Shown one piece after another: positions 20,439 through 29,991 of a stretch of DNA of 64,000 nucleotides (the stretch's first letter is position 1; every line of letters begins with the position of its first letter). Source of the stretch: an uncultured Spirochaetota bacterium (GTDB taxonomy: Bacteria > Spirochaetota > Spirochaetia > SZUA-6 > Fen-1364); NCBI GenBank assembly GCA_963734545.1, contig CAVTHO010000010.1, positions 32,001 to 96,000 of the forward strand, given 5' to 3'. The position numbers and the translations under genes are program-made. Under the pieces are notes generated by a model that saw only the letters and a program-made list of their open reading frames with translations, was not told the DNA's origin and made no database searches.

Positions 20439-21553
20439 GACCGCGCAGCGCGCACCCGCGCCGGGGCAGCTTCGGCCCGAGGGGGAAATGGCTCCCTCTG
20501 GTCCTGGTCCTTTTCCTGGCCCCGCTGGCCCGGTCGGCGGCCCTCACCGCCGAAGGGAGCCTGTTCGTCCAGGCAGGGCCGACGCTTCTTCGGGAGGATC
20601 TCCCCTCCGGATCAGTGCCCGACTGGACGGCGCAGACCCTGGCGGGCATACGGATCAGCGGCGCCGGCCCGGCGGCCGAGCTCGCCATAGAGGCGCTCTA
20701 TGCGCACGATGTCGTCTCCCGCTCGGATATGCTGTTCCTCGAGGAGGCATGGGCGGCGTGGAAGCCGGTCGACGGTTTCACCATGCGGTTCGGGAGGCAA
20801 CGCCTCGGGTTCGGCTGCGGCTTTGCGTGGAGTGTCGTGGACGACCTGGACCCCCAGCCAATGCCCTTTGATCCGCATCTCCCCCGGGTGGGTCTGGATG
20901 CGTTCAGCCTCTCGTTCGACTTCACGCCGCTCGGCGCGCCGGTCAAAGTGGCTGCCGAGGCATTTGCTCCGCGGACAGAAGGCGGTGGGCCTCTTCTGGT
21001 CGTGCACGGCATCAACACCGCATTCCCCGCGGGCACGGGCGCGTCCCTGCCCCGGCTTGCCGATTGTGGAGCGGCGGCGCAGGTCTCTGCCTTCCTCGGG
21101 GGGTTCGAGATCGGCGCGGCAGGGTCGATCCGGGAGTTTGCCCCGGATCCGCCGATTTCCATCGGCGGATGGGTCACCGTGGACATCGCCGGGTTCGTTC
21201 TCGGCGCCGAGGGGGCATGGCGGAATGCAGGCGGGGAGCTCCTGGTGAACTGCAACAGGCGCGCGGGAGATTTCGCTGCAGTTGCGGAGACCCGATGGGT
21301 TGCCGGGAGCGACCGCGTGTGGCTCTTCGGCCAGGTTTCCTGGAGCCGCGGAGATCTGAGCGCGGCGGTCTCCACGCTCTTTTCCCTCCGAGAAGCCTCG
21401 GGTCTGGCGGACCTCGGCCTTTCCTACACAGCCTCGGATGCGCTCGTGCTCTCCGCAGGCGTGACCTTCTACGAGCGGCCGGACGCTCTTCCCGAGATCG
21501 GACCCTCGCCCTACAGGTGCGCGGTCTCGGCAAGCGCAGAGTACTTCTTCTAA
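20435..21553 (+). CDS. Exported protein, probable outer-membrane beta-barrel
   Basis: Signal peptide, alternating-polarity beta segments (LEEAW, RFGRQRLGFG), and a terminal aromatic EYFF (BAM-signal-like). Confidence 0.55.
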   Translation: MRPRSAHPRRGSFGPRGKWLPLVLVLFLAPLARSAALTAEGSLFVQAGPTLLREDLPSGSVPDWTAQTLAGIRISGAGPAAELAIEALYAHDVVSRSDMLFLEEAWAAWKPVDGFTMRFGRQRLGFGCGFAWSVVDDLDPQPMPFDPHLPRVGLDAFSLSFDFTPLGAPVKVAAEAFAPRTEGGGPLLVVHGINTAFPAGTGASLPRLADCGAAAQVSAFLGGFEIGAAGSIREFAPDPPISIGGWVTVDIAGFVLGAEGAWRNAGGELLVNCNRRAGDFAAVAETRWVAGSDRVWLFGQVSWSRGDLSAAVSTLFSLREASGLADLGLSYTASDALVLSAGVTFYERPDALPEIGPSPYRCAVSASAEYFF

Positions 21554-21563
21554 GAGGAGGTGC

Positions 21564-22859
21564 GTGATGAGCCAGTTTCTTCTTGCCGCGCGGCTCGCGT
21601 CCCGCGGAGTCCGCGCCTACCGACGCCGCAGCCTGCAGACGCTCCTTGTCGTGGGCTTCGGCGTCGCGCTCGTCGTCCTCACGGATTCGTTCATGCAGGG
21701 GTTCTCCGCGAAAATCATGGACCAGATGCTCAGCGCGACGGGCCACCTCTCCCTCACGGCGCCGGGCTACGCGGCACAGCGGGAAGTGGCACCCATCGAT
21801 CTTTTCATTCCCGACGTGGAGGTATTGAAGGAGAGGATACGAAAGGACGCCGTGGCTGCCGCGCCTGATGGATCACTGGTGCTTTCCGCCTCGATCTTCA
21901 GCGCCGGACTGGTATCCGACGGCGAGCGCTCCGTCACGACGACCTGCAGGGGCATCGACCCATTCTGGCAGGGGACGATAGTTCCCTCCCTGCGTGACGT
22001 GGCGCGCCGGGTGGAAGGGAGTTTCTTTGTGCCGGGCGGCGCGCCGGGGCTTCTCGTTTCGCGCCGCGTGGCGGACAAGCTCAACGCACGCCCGGGAGAC
22101 CGGCTGATGTTCCTGTGCTCCGACCGCTATGGCTCCTTTGGAGTTGTGGAGCTGGTCCTGCTCGGCATTTTTCCGAAGGGAGCGGCAATGGGGGGAGAAG
22201 AGTGCCTGATGGACCTGGCCCCCATGCAGTCCGTCACCGGCCTTGAAGGGGGAGCGTCGGAGATTTCCGTCTGGCGTCTGCAGGAAAGAGCGGGCGGACG
22301 GGTTCTGGCCAATCCCCGTGAGCCCTCACCGGTGATAGAGGAGGCGGCCAGGATTGCACGGGCGGCAGGATGCGTGGCGCAGAGGTGGAGCGAGATCTCC
22401 GCCTCCTACGGGAGCATGATGAGCTTCTTCGACCTCTATATGGCGATCATGTGCGTCATATTCGCGGTTGTGGCGGCCATGGGAATGACCAATTCCATAT
22501 TGCTTTCCGTGCAGGACAGGATCCGGGACATCGGCACGCTGCGTGTGGTCGCCCTGTCACGCGGGGGTGTCTCGCTCATGGTGGCTCTTGAATCCTTTAT
22601 TCTGGGTCTCTGTGGCGCAGCAGCAGGTGCCCTCATCGGCGGTGCAGCCTCATTCCTGTTGGAGCACTTCGGGTTCACCCTTCAGGTGGAGCTGGAGGCA
22701 ATCGCGAGCTACATGCAGAACGGCATGAGGCCGCGCTTTTCCCCCGGGCGGGCCGCGATAATCGGACTGGTCGCTTCCTGCGTTCCTCTCCTTGCGTCAC
22801 TGCTGCCGATCGCAACACTGCGCAGGATCACGGTGAGGGAGGCGCTGGGCTACATATAG
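21564..22859 (+). CDS. Second LolE/FtsX-type ABC permease
   Basis: RRRSLQTLL TM1; LSVQDRIRDIGTLRVVAL; C-terminal TMs. Confidence 0.88.
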   Translation: MMSQFLLAARLASRGVRAYRRRSLQTLLVVGFGVALVVLTDSFMQGFSAKIMDQMLSATGHLSLTAPGYAAQREVAPIDLFIPDVEVLKERIRKDAVAAAPDGSLVLSASIFSAGLVSDGERSVTTTCRGIDPFWQGTIVPSLRDVARRVEGSFFVPGGAPGLLVSRRVADKLNARPGDRLMFLCSDRYGSFGVVELVLLGIFPKGAAMGGEECLMDLAPMQSVTGLEGGASEISVWRLQERAGGRVLANPREPSPVIEEAARIARAAGCVAQRWSEISASYGSMMSFFDLYMAIMCVIFAVVAAMGMTNSILLSVQDRIRDIGTLRVVALSRGGVSLMVALESFILGLCGAAAGALIGGAASFLLEHFGFTLQVELEAIASYMQNGMRPRFSPGRAAIIGLVASCVPLLASLLPIATLRRITVREALGYI

Positions 22860-23104
22860 AGGGCGGCGGCAGCGGACCTGCCCGCGCCCCGAGCAATCCG
22901 CCGGAGGTAGCCTTCGGCGACGAGCTGATCGAGAGCGTTCTTCACGGCAGCGCGGGAGACATTCGTCTCCCGCGCAATCTGCTGCGCGGGGCTCATATGA
23001 TCTCCCGCGGGGAGCGAGCCGGAAAGGATTCGGTCCCTGATGAGGGTGAAAATCCGGGTGGCTGCCGGCTCCCGAGATGCCCGATGGGGGTCAGGAATCG
23101 ACAT
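22850..23104 (-). pseudogene. GntR/MocR-type wHTH fragment lacking an effector domain
   Basis: IRDRILSGSLPAGD...IARETNVSRAAVKNALDQLVAEGYL; only 84 aa, ending in a convergent overlap with the permease. Confidence 0.6.
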
Positions 23105-23196
23105 TCGTCTGCTTCGCCTTTCGCAGTGACAATATCATTTCCCTCGTGAAACTTCACGCGTCCGGTATGGACACCCGACCCGGGTCGAACTAAGCT

Positions 23197-23814
23197 GTGT
23201 GCATGAAATCACTCATGTTGAATGTGCAGAAGACCGCGGTCCTCGTGATCGACATGCAGAACGCCTTCCTGGATCCGAAGGGGTCAATCGCGAGGATGGG
23301 CATTCCCATAGAAAGGGCGGTCGCCGTGATCGAAACACTCGCGGCTGCGCTCGGCAGACTGCGAAAGAGCGGCGCCAGGATCATCCATAACCGCATGGCC
23401 CTCAGGCCGGACTACTCGGACGCCGGTATCCTCGCACAGGCGTTCCCCCGGCTGATGGAGCTCGGGCATTGCGTCAAGGGAACGTGGGACTTCGAGAACG
23501 TGCCGGGCTTCGCCCCGGAGCCCGGCGAATACGTCGTCGACAAGATCCGGTTCGACGGGTTTCATGGAACCGAGATGGAAAGCCTCCTCCGGTGCCTGGG
23601 AATAGACACGCTCGTATTCACCGGCATCGCCACGAACATCTGCGTGGAGAGCACCGTCAGGGCGGCGTTCACGAGAGATTTCCGCTGCATCGTTCCCCGC
23701 CAGACCACCGCCTCGTTCACTCCCGAGATGGAAGCGGGCTCAATGGGCAATTTCGCTTTCGGTTTCGCCGAGGTCGTCGACATCGAAGAGGTCTACGCGG
23801 AGCTGGGCTGCTGA
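23197..23814 (+). CDS. Isochorismatase-family cysteine hydrolase (RutB-like)
   Basis: VLVIDMQNAF, K-x-R-F-D-G-F, TGIATNICVESTVR (Asp-Lys-Cys triad). Confidence 0.9.
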   Translation: MCMKSLMLNVQKTAVLVIDMQNAFLDPKGSIARMGIPIERAVAVIETLAAALGRLRKSGARIIHNRMALRPDYSDAGILAQAFPRLMELGHCVKGTWDFENVPGFAPEPGEYVVDKIRFDGFHGTEMESLLRCLGIDTLVFTGIATNICVESTVRAAFTRDFRCIVPRQTTASFTPEMEAGSMGNFAFGFAEVVDIEEVYAELGC

Positions 23815-23833
23815 CAGCCTTCCCAGCCTGTGC

Positions 23834-24892
23834 TCACGCCGGCCGGGTAAGCCGCCTCCGCCTCCATTGGTCGAAGACAACCACGAGGATGATCACGAAT
23901 CCCTGCACGATTCTCTGCCAGAAGGCGCTCACGTTGAGCAGGTTGAGGCCGTTTCCCAGAACGCCCATGATGATCGCCCCGATCAGGGAGCCGAAGACCC
24001 CGCCTTCCCCGCCGAAGAGGTTCGTGCCGCCGATCACCACCGCGGCGATCGAACGGAGGTTTTCCTCTCCCGCCATGAGAGCATTGGAAGAGTTCATGCG
24101 GCCGGCCAGCACGAAGCCGGCAATCGCCGCGATGAGACCGGAGAGAACGTAGACCGCGATCTTGGTCTTGTCGATGCTGATTCCCGACACCCGGGCCGCC
24201 TCCCGGTTTCCTCCCACGGCGAAGACTGCGCGTCCAAGGGCCAGGTAGCGCAGGAGCAGCCAGCCCAGCACGACTATCACCACGGCAATGATGCCGGCAA
24301 CCGGGATGCCCAGAATATCCCCCGCTCCCATCCAGATCATCTGCGGCGGAAGGTATCCCTTCAGCTCGGTCGCGGTGAGGTGGGAGGGCACCGGGAGGCC
24401 GCCCGTGATGATGAGGGCGAATCCCTGGAAGATCGTCAACGTGCCCAGGGTGGCAATGAAATCCGGGATCCTGCCCCGTGTGATGATGAGGCCATTCACC
24501 AGGCCGCACAGGCCCCCGACCAGGAGGGCGACCAGAAGTCCCAGCTCGAAGTTCAGAGGTCCGATGACCACCCCGAGGATGGCGAACCTCTGGGTCATGA
24601 GAACAGCCGCGGCAGATGCCGAGATCGCCGCCATGGCTCCCACGGAAAGATCGATTCCCCCGGTGAGAATGACCATGGTCTGTCCCGCTGCCAGGATGGC
24701 TGTGATCGCAGACTGGCGCGTGATGTTGGCCATGTTGTTGACTTTGAGGAAGTGCGGTGATGCAAAGGAAAGAAAAGCGCCGAGCAGGACCAGGGCAAAG
24801 ATCGGCCCCAGCCGCGCAATCACCTCGCGGCCGGCCCGCTGGATGCCCATCGATGCCGCGGAGGCTGCTTCTCTTTCCGGTGTGCGGCTCAT
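23834..24892 (-). CDS. Monosaccharide ABC transporter permease (RbsC type)
   Basis: ILTGGIDLSVG, FIATLG, AVGGNREAARVSGI, IAAVVIGGTNLFGGEG. Confidence 0.93.
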   Translation of the reverse strand: MSRTPEREAASAASMGIQRAGREVIARLGPIFALVLLGAFLSFASPHFLKVNNMANITRQSAITAILAAGQTMVILTGGIDLSVGAMAAISASAAAVLMTQRFAILGVVIGPLNFELGLLVALLVGGLCGLVNGLIITRGRIPDFIATLGTLTIFQGFALIITGGLPVPSHLTATELKGYLPPQMIWMGAGDILGIPVAGIIAVVIVVLGWLLLRYLALGRAVFAVGGNREAARVSGISIDKTKIAVYVLSGLIAAIAGFVLAGRMNSSNALMAGEENLRSIAAVVIGGTNLFGGEGGVFGSLIGAIIMGVLGNGLNLLNVSAFWQRIVQGFVIILVVVFDQWRRRRLTRPA

Positions 24893-24905
24893 GGTGTCCC
24901 CCTCA

Positions 24906-26411
24906 TCAACTGGCTGCGCGCAGAAGCTTTTCCTGCGTGGCCTCGCCGGCAGTGAACTCCGCGGTGATGCGGCCTCCCCGCATCACCAGGATCCTGTCCG
25001 CCATGGCGAGTATTTCGGGCATTTCCGAGGAAATCATGACGATCGCGGCCTTGTTGCCCGTGAGCTGATTCATCAGGGCAAAGACTTCAGCTTTGGCCCC
25101 GACATCGATGCCGCGCGTGGGTTCGTCGAAAATCAATATCCTGGCCCCGCTGCACAGCCACCGCGCCAGGACGACCTTCTGCTGGTTGCCGCCGCTCAGG
25201 AACATGACCGCACGGTTCAGGCTCGCCGGATGTATGCTGAGGCTTTTCGTGTATTCGGACGCCGTTCGGGACTCCGATCGCAGTCTCACGCGTCGGTGCA
25301 TTCCAAGCTGGCTCACGTTTGCAAGGGTGACGTTGGGGGGAATCGGAAGAGCAGGCACCAGGCTCATCCGTCGGTCCCGCGTAAGGAGCCCGATGCCGTG
25401 CCGGATTGCGTCGGTGGGGCCATGAATGTGCACTTCCTTGTCATCCACCCAGATCCGCCCCGTGCTCCTCCTCTCCAGCCCGAAAATGGCGCGAGTCAGC
25501 TCCGGCTGGCCGGCGCCCATAAGGCCGAAGATCCCCAGGATCTCTCCCTCACGAATCTCCAGGGAAATGTCATGGAGGGACCCCTTCATTGAAATGTCCT
25601 CGATTCGAAACACTCGTCGGCCGGGCTCCCGGGTCTCCTTGGGAAACTGCTCGGTCAGGCGGCGGCCCACCATCATATTCACCAGCGTGGGCTCATCCGC
25701 GTCCTTGACGGCAAGGCTCCCGATCACCTTTCCATCCCTCATGACCGTCACTCGCTGGCCGACAAGCGGGACCTCGGCCAGCCTGTGGGAGATATAGACG
25801 ATGCCGACTCCTCGCTGCCGAAGGAGGCCGATGAGAGAGAACAGACGCTCCCGCTCGGCGTCGGAGAGCGCCGAGGTCGGCTCATCGAGGAGCATGATTT
25901 TGGGCTGTGCGGTGAGCACCCGCGCGATCTCCGTAAGCTGCTGCTCCGCCACGTGCAGCCGGCGGACCTCGGTCTTGGGATCGATGGAGAGGCCCAGATC
26001 CGCCAGACTTCTTTCAGCCTCGCGGTACATCGCCCTCCAGTCAATGCCGCCCAGCCGGCTCTTGTGGGGCTTCCCCAGGAAGATATTCTCCGCCACGCTG
26101 AGGGCGGGCACGAGGCTCAGCTCCTGGTACACCATGCCGATGCCCAGCTCACGCGCGTACTCCGGCGTGAGGCCGTGCACCGTCTTGCCGAGGATCTCGA
26201 TCCGGCCGCTGTCATTCCTGATGGAGCCGCTCAGTACCTTCATGAGCGTGGACTTCCCGGCGCCATTCTCTCCCAGGAGCACGTGGACTTCACCCGGAAG
26301 GAGGTCGAAGTCAACGTGGTCGAGGGCATGCACTCCCGGAAAGCGTTTCTCGATTTGCTCCATGCGAAGGATCGGTTCTCGGGCATCCACGGGCAGCGCT
26401 TCCGTGTTCAT
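24906..26411 (-). CDS. Monosaccharide ABC ATPase (RbsA type, two NBDs)
   Basis: GENGAGKSTL, LDEPTSAL, LSGGNQQKVVLARW, DEPTRGIDVGAK; probable start MNTEALP at 26411. Confidence 0.93.
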   Translation of the reverse strand: MNTEALPVDAREPILRMEQIEKRFPGVHALDHVDFDLLPGEVHVLLGENGAGKSTLMKVLSGSIRNDSGRIEILGKTVHGLTPEYARELGIGMVYQELSLVPALSVAENIFLGKPHKSRLGGIDWRAMYREAERSLADLGLSIDPKTEVRRLHVAEQQLTEIARVLTAQPKIMLLDEPTSALSDAERERLFSLIGLLRQRGVGIVYISHRLAEVPLVGQRVTVMRDGKVIGSLAVKDADEPTLVNMMVGRRLTEQFPKETREPGRRVFRIEDISMKGSLHDISLEIREGEILGIFGLMGAGQPELTRAIFGLERRSTGRIWVDDKEVHIHGPTDAIRHGIGLLTRDRRMSLVPALPIPPNVTLANVSQLGMHRRVRLRSESRTASEYTKSLSIHPASLNRAVMFLSGGNQQKVVLARWLCSGARILIFDEPTRGIDVGAKAEVFALMNQLTGNKAAIVMISSEMPEILAMADRILVMRGGRITAEFTAGEATQEKLLRAAS

Positions 26412-26421
26412 GGGGATTTCC

Positions 26422-27183
26422 TCATTGGGCAGTATAGCCGCCGTCAACGCTGAGCACCGCGCCCGTGGCATATCCGGCAACGTCACTTGCCAGAAAAAGA
26501 ATCGCAGCGGCAATCTCCGCTGGCGTGCCCAGGCGGTTTGCGGGACGAATCTGTTCCAGCGCTCTTCGCGCTGCAGCGGGGTCCGTTGCTCGTCGGACCG
26601 CGTCCTGCACAAGCGGTGTGTCCGTGGTGCCGGGGCAAACGCAGTTGACCCGGATTCCCCGGGAGGCAAAATCCAGGGCGCAGCTCCTCGTAAGTGCTAT
26701 CAGGCCGGCCTTGGTCACGTTGTAGGCCACCTGGTTTCGAATTCCCACGAGGCCGGCCTCGGAAGCCACGTTGACTATCGCTCCCCCCCTCCCCCGCATC
26801 ATCGCGGGCACGGCATGCTTGATGCAGAGAAAAGAGCCCGTGAGGTTGACGGCCATGAGCTTGTTCCACTCCGCTTCGGTAGTCGCCACTGCATCTGCCT
26901 GGAGGTAGATGCCGGCGTTGTTCACCAGAACGTCGAGCCGGCCCCACTTGTGCAGGATGGCTTCCACGAGGGCCTGGACATCCGGTTCCCGCGAGACGTC
27001 CGTGGCAAACACCTCCGCGTCCATGCCCGTGCGCGTGATCTCCTCGGCAACCCGTTTGCCGGCGGACGCATCGGTGTCGGCGAGGGCCACCCCGGCGCCT
27101 TCGCGCGCAAACGCAAGGGCCACCGCCCGTCCGATTCCCGAGGAGGCCCCTGTCACGACAACTATCTTGCCTTCGAACTGCAT
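26422..27183 (-). CDS. Short-chain dehydrogenase/reductase (probably NAD-dependent)
   Basis: TGASSGIG, acidic residue after beta2 (LAD), NNAG, YNVTK catalytic motif, CPGTTDT. Confidence 0.93.
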   Translation of the reverse strand: MQFEGKIVVVTGASSGIGRAVALAFAREGAGVALADTDASAGKRVAEEITRTGMDAEVFATDVSREPDVQALVEAILHKWGRLDVLVNNAGIYLQADAVATTEAEWNKLMAVNLTGSFLCIKHAVPAMMRGRGGAIVNVASEAGLVGIRNQVAYNVTKAGLIALTRSCALDFASRGIRVNCVCPGTTDTPLVQDAVRRATDPAAARRALEQIRPANRLGTPAEIAAAILFLASDVAGYATGAVLSVDGGYTAQ

Positions 27184-27262
27184 CGCGTTCACCCTCCCCG
27201 CGCGGCCGCGTCGAACAGGATATGCAGGACTATGCTTGTGTTCCTTGAACGGAATTATCAAG

Positions 27263-27289
27263 GTCCGGGAGCCCGAACGGCTCCCGGAC
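27263..27289. other. Perfect intergenic hairpin after the SBP gene (probable mRNA-stabilising element)
   Basis: gtccgggagcc-cgaac-ggctcccggac, an 11-bp perfect stem. Confidence 0.6.
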
Positions 27290-27309
27290 ACTCACCTTCT
27301 CTGACCGAG

Positions 27310-28470
27310 CTACTTGCTCTGCTTCTTGATGCCATCCCAGTCAATGGCGGGCAGGGCAGGATTGGGATAGAAAAGCGACGCGTTCTTCACGTAGGCGGTA
27401 CGCGGCCGAATGTCGAAAGTCTTCGGCACGTCGATGCCGCACGCGAGCTTCACGCCGAACTCGGTGCCGAACCAGCCCCAGTCCGCAAATCCGTGCGTTG
27501 TTTCGGCGATCATCTTGCCCTCTCTGATGCGGGCAACCGACTCAGGCGTCACGTCGTTGGTGAACACTGCGACCATCTTGCCGCCAAGCGCGTGAGGCGC
27601 GGATGCCGTCTGGAGCCTTTTCGCTGAATCACAGGTCAGCATGGCGCCGAGGCCCATTTCGTTCGAGGCTGCCCAGATGAAGTCCAGCCCGCTCGGGTTG
27701 GCCTGGAGGATGTCCTCCGTTGCCTTGATTCCCTTCTCCCGGTTCCAGTCAGCGGCAATCGGGTTGCCTGCGATCTTGATGCCGGGGTACTGGTCGATGA
27801 CGTTGTGAAAGCCGTCCAGGCGCGCCTGGGAGAAGAACCCGCCTGCCACTCCCTCGATGATGGCGCCCTTGGCCTTGATCGAGGCTTTTTCAGCAGGTGT
27901 CAGTCCCTTGTACAGCTTCTCCCAGAACGCGAGGTCCAGGTACTGGCTGGAAGCCACGTTCACTTTCTTGCCCGTTCCCAGGACACCGGGTCCGCCGAAA
28001 TAGTCCAGCACCGCGTAGGCGCTCACTTCCGCGCCGACCTGGTTGTCGAACCCGATGTAAGAAGCCACATCAACGCCCTCGATCGGCTCCAGCAGGTTGA
28101 CGATGATTACCGGGATGCCCTTTTCGTTCGCCTTGGCAAGGGCGGGCTTGATGACCTCTACCTCGATGGGCGATATGGCGATGACGTCGACTTCCCTCTG
28201 GATGAAGTCCTCGATGATCGCCACCTGGTCGGCGAAAGCCGTATGGCTGGAAACGGATTGCGTAATGACCTCGATGTTGAAGCCGTGCTTATTGCCGTCC
28301 TTGGCAGCGGCTTCGAAGAAGTCGGTTGCGGTCTTGAAAACGCCGGTGATGTCTGGCGGCGTCCAGCCGATGACAATAGGCTTCTGCCATCTGTCCCCCG
28401 CGAATCCTATTGGAGCGGCCAGAACGAAAAGCAGGAGCAGAATGGACACGACGAGCTTGTTCATTTTCAT
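27310..28470 (-). CDS. Sugar ABC substrate-binding protein (periplasmic binding protein type I)
   Basis: Signal peptide; QVAIIEDFIQREVDVIAISP, KGIPVIIVN, YIGFDN, ADWNREKG, ASNEMGLGA. Confidence 0.9.
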   Translation of the reverse strand: MKMNKLVVSILLLLFVLAAPIGFAGDRWQKPIVIGWTPPDITGVFKTATDFFEAAAKDGNKHGFNIEVITQSVSSHTAFADQVAIIEDFIQREVDVIAISPIEVEVIKPALAKANEKGIPVIIVNLLEPIEGVDVASYIGFDNQVGAEVSAYAVLDYFGGPGVLGTGKKVNVASSQYLDLAFWEKLYKGLTPAEKASIKAKGAIIEGVAGGFFSQARLDGFHNVIDQYPGIKIAGNPIAADWNREKGIKATEDILQANPSGLDFIWAASNEMGLGAMLTCDSAKRLQTASAPHALGGKMVAVFTNDVTPESVARIREGKMIAETTHGFADWGWFGTEFGVKLACGIDVPKTFDIRPRTAYVKNASLFYPNPALPAIDWDGIKKQSK

Positions 28471-28622
28471 CGTTTTTCTCCCTTGAAGCTTCTAACTTTT
28501 CCGGAGTCAACAGACTTCGGATGCTCACGAGATCGATACCACCTCCTTCCAACAGAATTGTCATGCTCGGCGCAAACGCGCCGATTTTCGAGCAAGACCT
28601 GTCATCACCCTGCAGTTTTTGC

Positions 28623-28651
28623 AGTTTACACCCGCATGGAAGCCCGGTCAA
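28623..28651 (-). promoter_or_regulatory. sigma70-type promoter for the sugar ABC operon
   Basis: Minus strand TTGACC-17bp-TAAACT, with an AT-rich UP-like tract upstream. Confidence 0.6.
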
Positions 28652-28754
28652 TAATAAAATTCATACAAACGCTAAAATACGATAAGAGATTGCACGAGAT
28701 ATGAGAACAAATGCCGACGCCGGAACGGTCGCCGGGAGGCAACAGATGGGCGCG

Positions 28755-29108
28755 CTATTTCAGTATGGACAATCCTCCATCGATCGACAGAACCTGACCG
28801 GTGCACCAGTCCGCTTCGTCCGAGGCAAGAAAGAGCACCGCGGCAGCGATATCTTCCACTCTCCCGATCCGGCCCAACGGGGCATCCGCCGCCAGTTGGC
28901 GCTGCCGCGCCTCCTCGGGCACCCCGGCCCGCAACATGTCGGTCATCACCGGACCTGGAGCCACGGCGTTCACGGTTATCCCGAACTGTCCGAGATCCAC
29001 GGCAAGCGCCCGTGTCATCGAGTTGACTCGGGCGAATCCCGCCGCAATCGCGCGACCTATCCCCCGGCTGGCCCCTGTCACAATCGCTACCTTGCCTGCA
29101 AGACGCAT
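28755..29108 (-). pseudogene. SDR with a large in-frame internal deletion
   Basis: N-terminal TGASRGIG joins directly to VNSMTRALAVDLG...VAPGPV...IDGG; NNAG and YxxxK are absent; 117 aa. Confidence 0.75.
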
Positions 29109-29121
29109 GACACACCTCCCG

Positions 29122-29871
29122 CTACCGGTATCCCCCCGAGGCCACGATCATTTCGCCGGTGATGTATCCCGCCCGGTCGGAAGCGATGAACGCGGCAAGA
29201 CTCCCGATCTCCTCTGGAGTCCCGAATCTGCGGGCAGGGATCTTCTTCAACAAATCGGCTTTTCCATTTTCATCCAGGGAGCTCCACAACATATCGGTTT
29301 CGATCTTGCTGGGAACAATGGAGTTCACCGTGATTCCATGCGGCGCGAACTCGCTGCTGAGCGATTTGGTGAGGGTAATGACTCCTCCCTTGGCAGCCGC
29401 GTAGTGCGCGCCGGATGTTCCTCCCGTCAACCCGGAGGTTGATGCAATGTTGATGATCCGGCCCCACTTCCTCTGCAGCATGTGAGGAATCACGGCCCTG
29501 CAGCAGAGGAAGACGCTGGTGAGATTTGTCTCGAGCATCCGTCGCCAGTCCTCCGGGGTGATGTCCATAAAGGGAAGACCCTGGGCAATCCCCGCGTTAT
29601 TCACAAGGATGTCGATCCTGCCGAATTTTCGAATGGCGCCTTCCACCATCGCGGCGATCTCAGGCTCCCGCGTCACATCGGCCTGGATCAGCAAGCTCGA
29701 TTCAGGATTCCTGCGTTCCACTTCGGATGCCGTTGCGCGGGCAGCCTCGATCGAAGAGCGGAAGTTGATGACCACCTTGCAGCCCTCGTCCGCCAGGCAA
29801 AGCGCGATGGCTTTTCCAATCCCTCGAGAGGATCCGGTGACAATGGCTACCCTTCCCTGCAATAGCTTCAT
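29122..29871 (-). CDS. SDR, FabG-like (3-oxoacyl-ACP reductase family)
   Basis: TGSSRGIG, NNAG, YAAAK. Confidence 0.9.
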   Translation of the reverse strand: MKLLQGRVAIVTGSSRGIGKAIALCLADEGCKVVINFRSSIEAARATASEVERRNPESSLLIQADVTREPEIAAMVEGAIRKFGRIDILVNNAGIAQGLPFMDITPEDWRRMLETNLTSVFLCCRAVIPHMLQRKWGRIINIASTSGLTGGTSGAHYAAAKGGVITLTKSLSSEFAPHGITVNSIVPSKIETDMLWSSLDENGKADLLKKIPARRFGTPEEIGSLAAFIASDRAGYITGEMIVASGGYR

Positions 29872-29939
29872 GGGGCTCCACGGTATGATATGACAACAAT
29901 CAATAACGCGATACGGGAGAGCACCGACACGGCCCTTGG

Positions 29940-29968
29940 TTGCGCGCACCAGGTGTCGGCGCTATACT
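29940..29968 (+). promoter_or_regulatory. sigma70-type promoter for the GRE operon
   Basis: TTGCGC-17bp-TATACT, followed by RBS GGAGG and ATG 29992. Confidence 0.55.
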
Positions 29969-29991
29969 GACGTCAAAATGGAGGTTCCTCC

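Noticed and set aside
17638-22859. The ABC operon as the type I secretion system for the giant RTX protein
   Set aside because: It is LolCDE/MacB-type with a separate ATPase; it has no HlyB-type fused ABC, HlyD adaptor or TolC.
26412-26669. N-terminal extension of the sugar ABC ATPase in the ORF track
   Set aside because: It overlaps the SDR gene in another frame; the RBS-supported start is MNTEALP at 26411.
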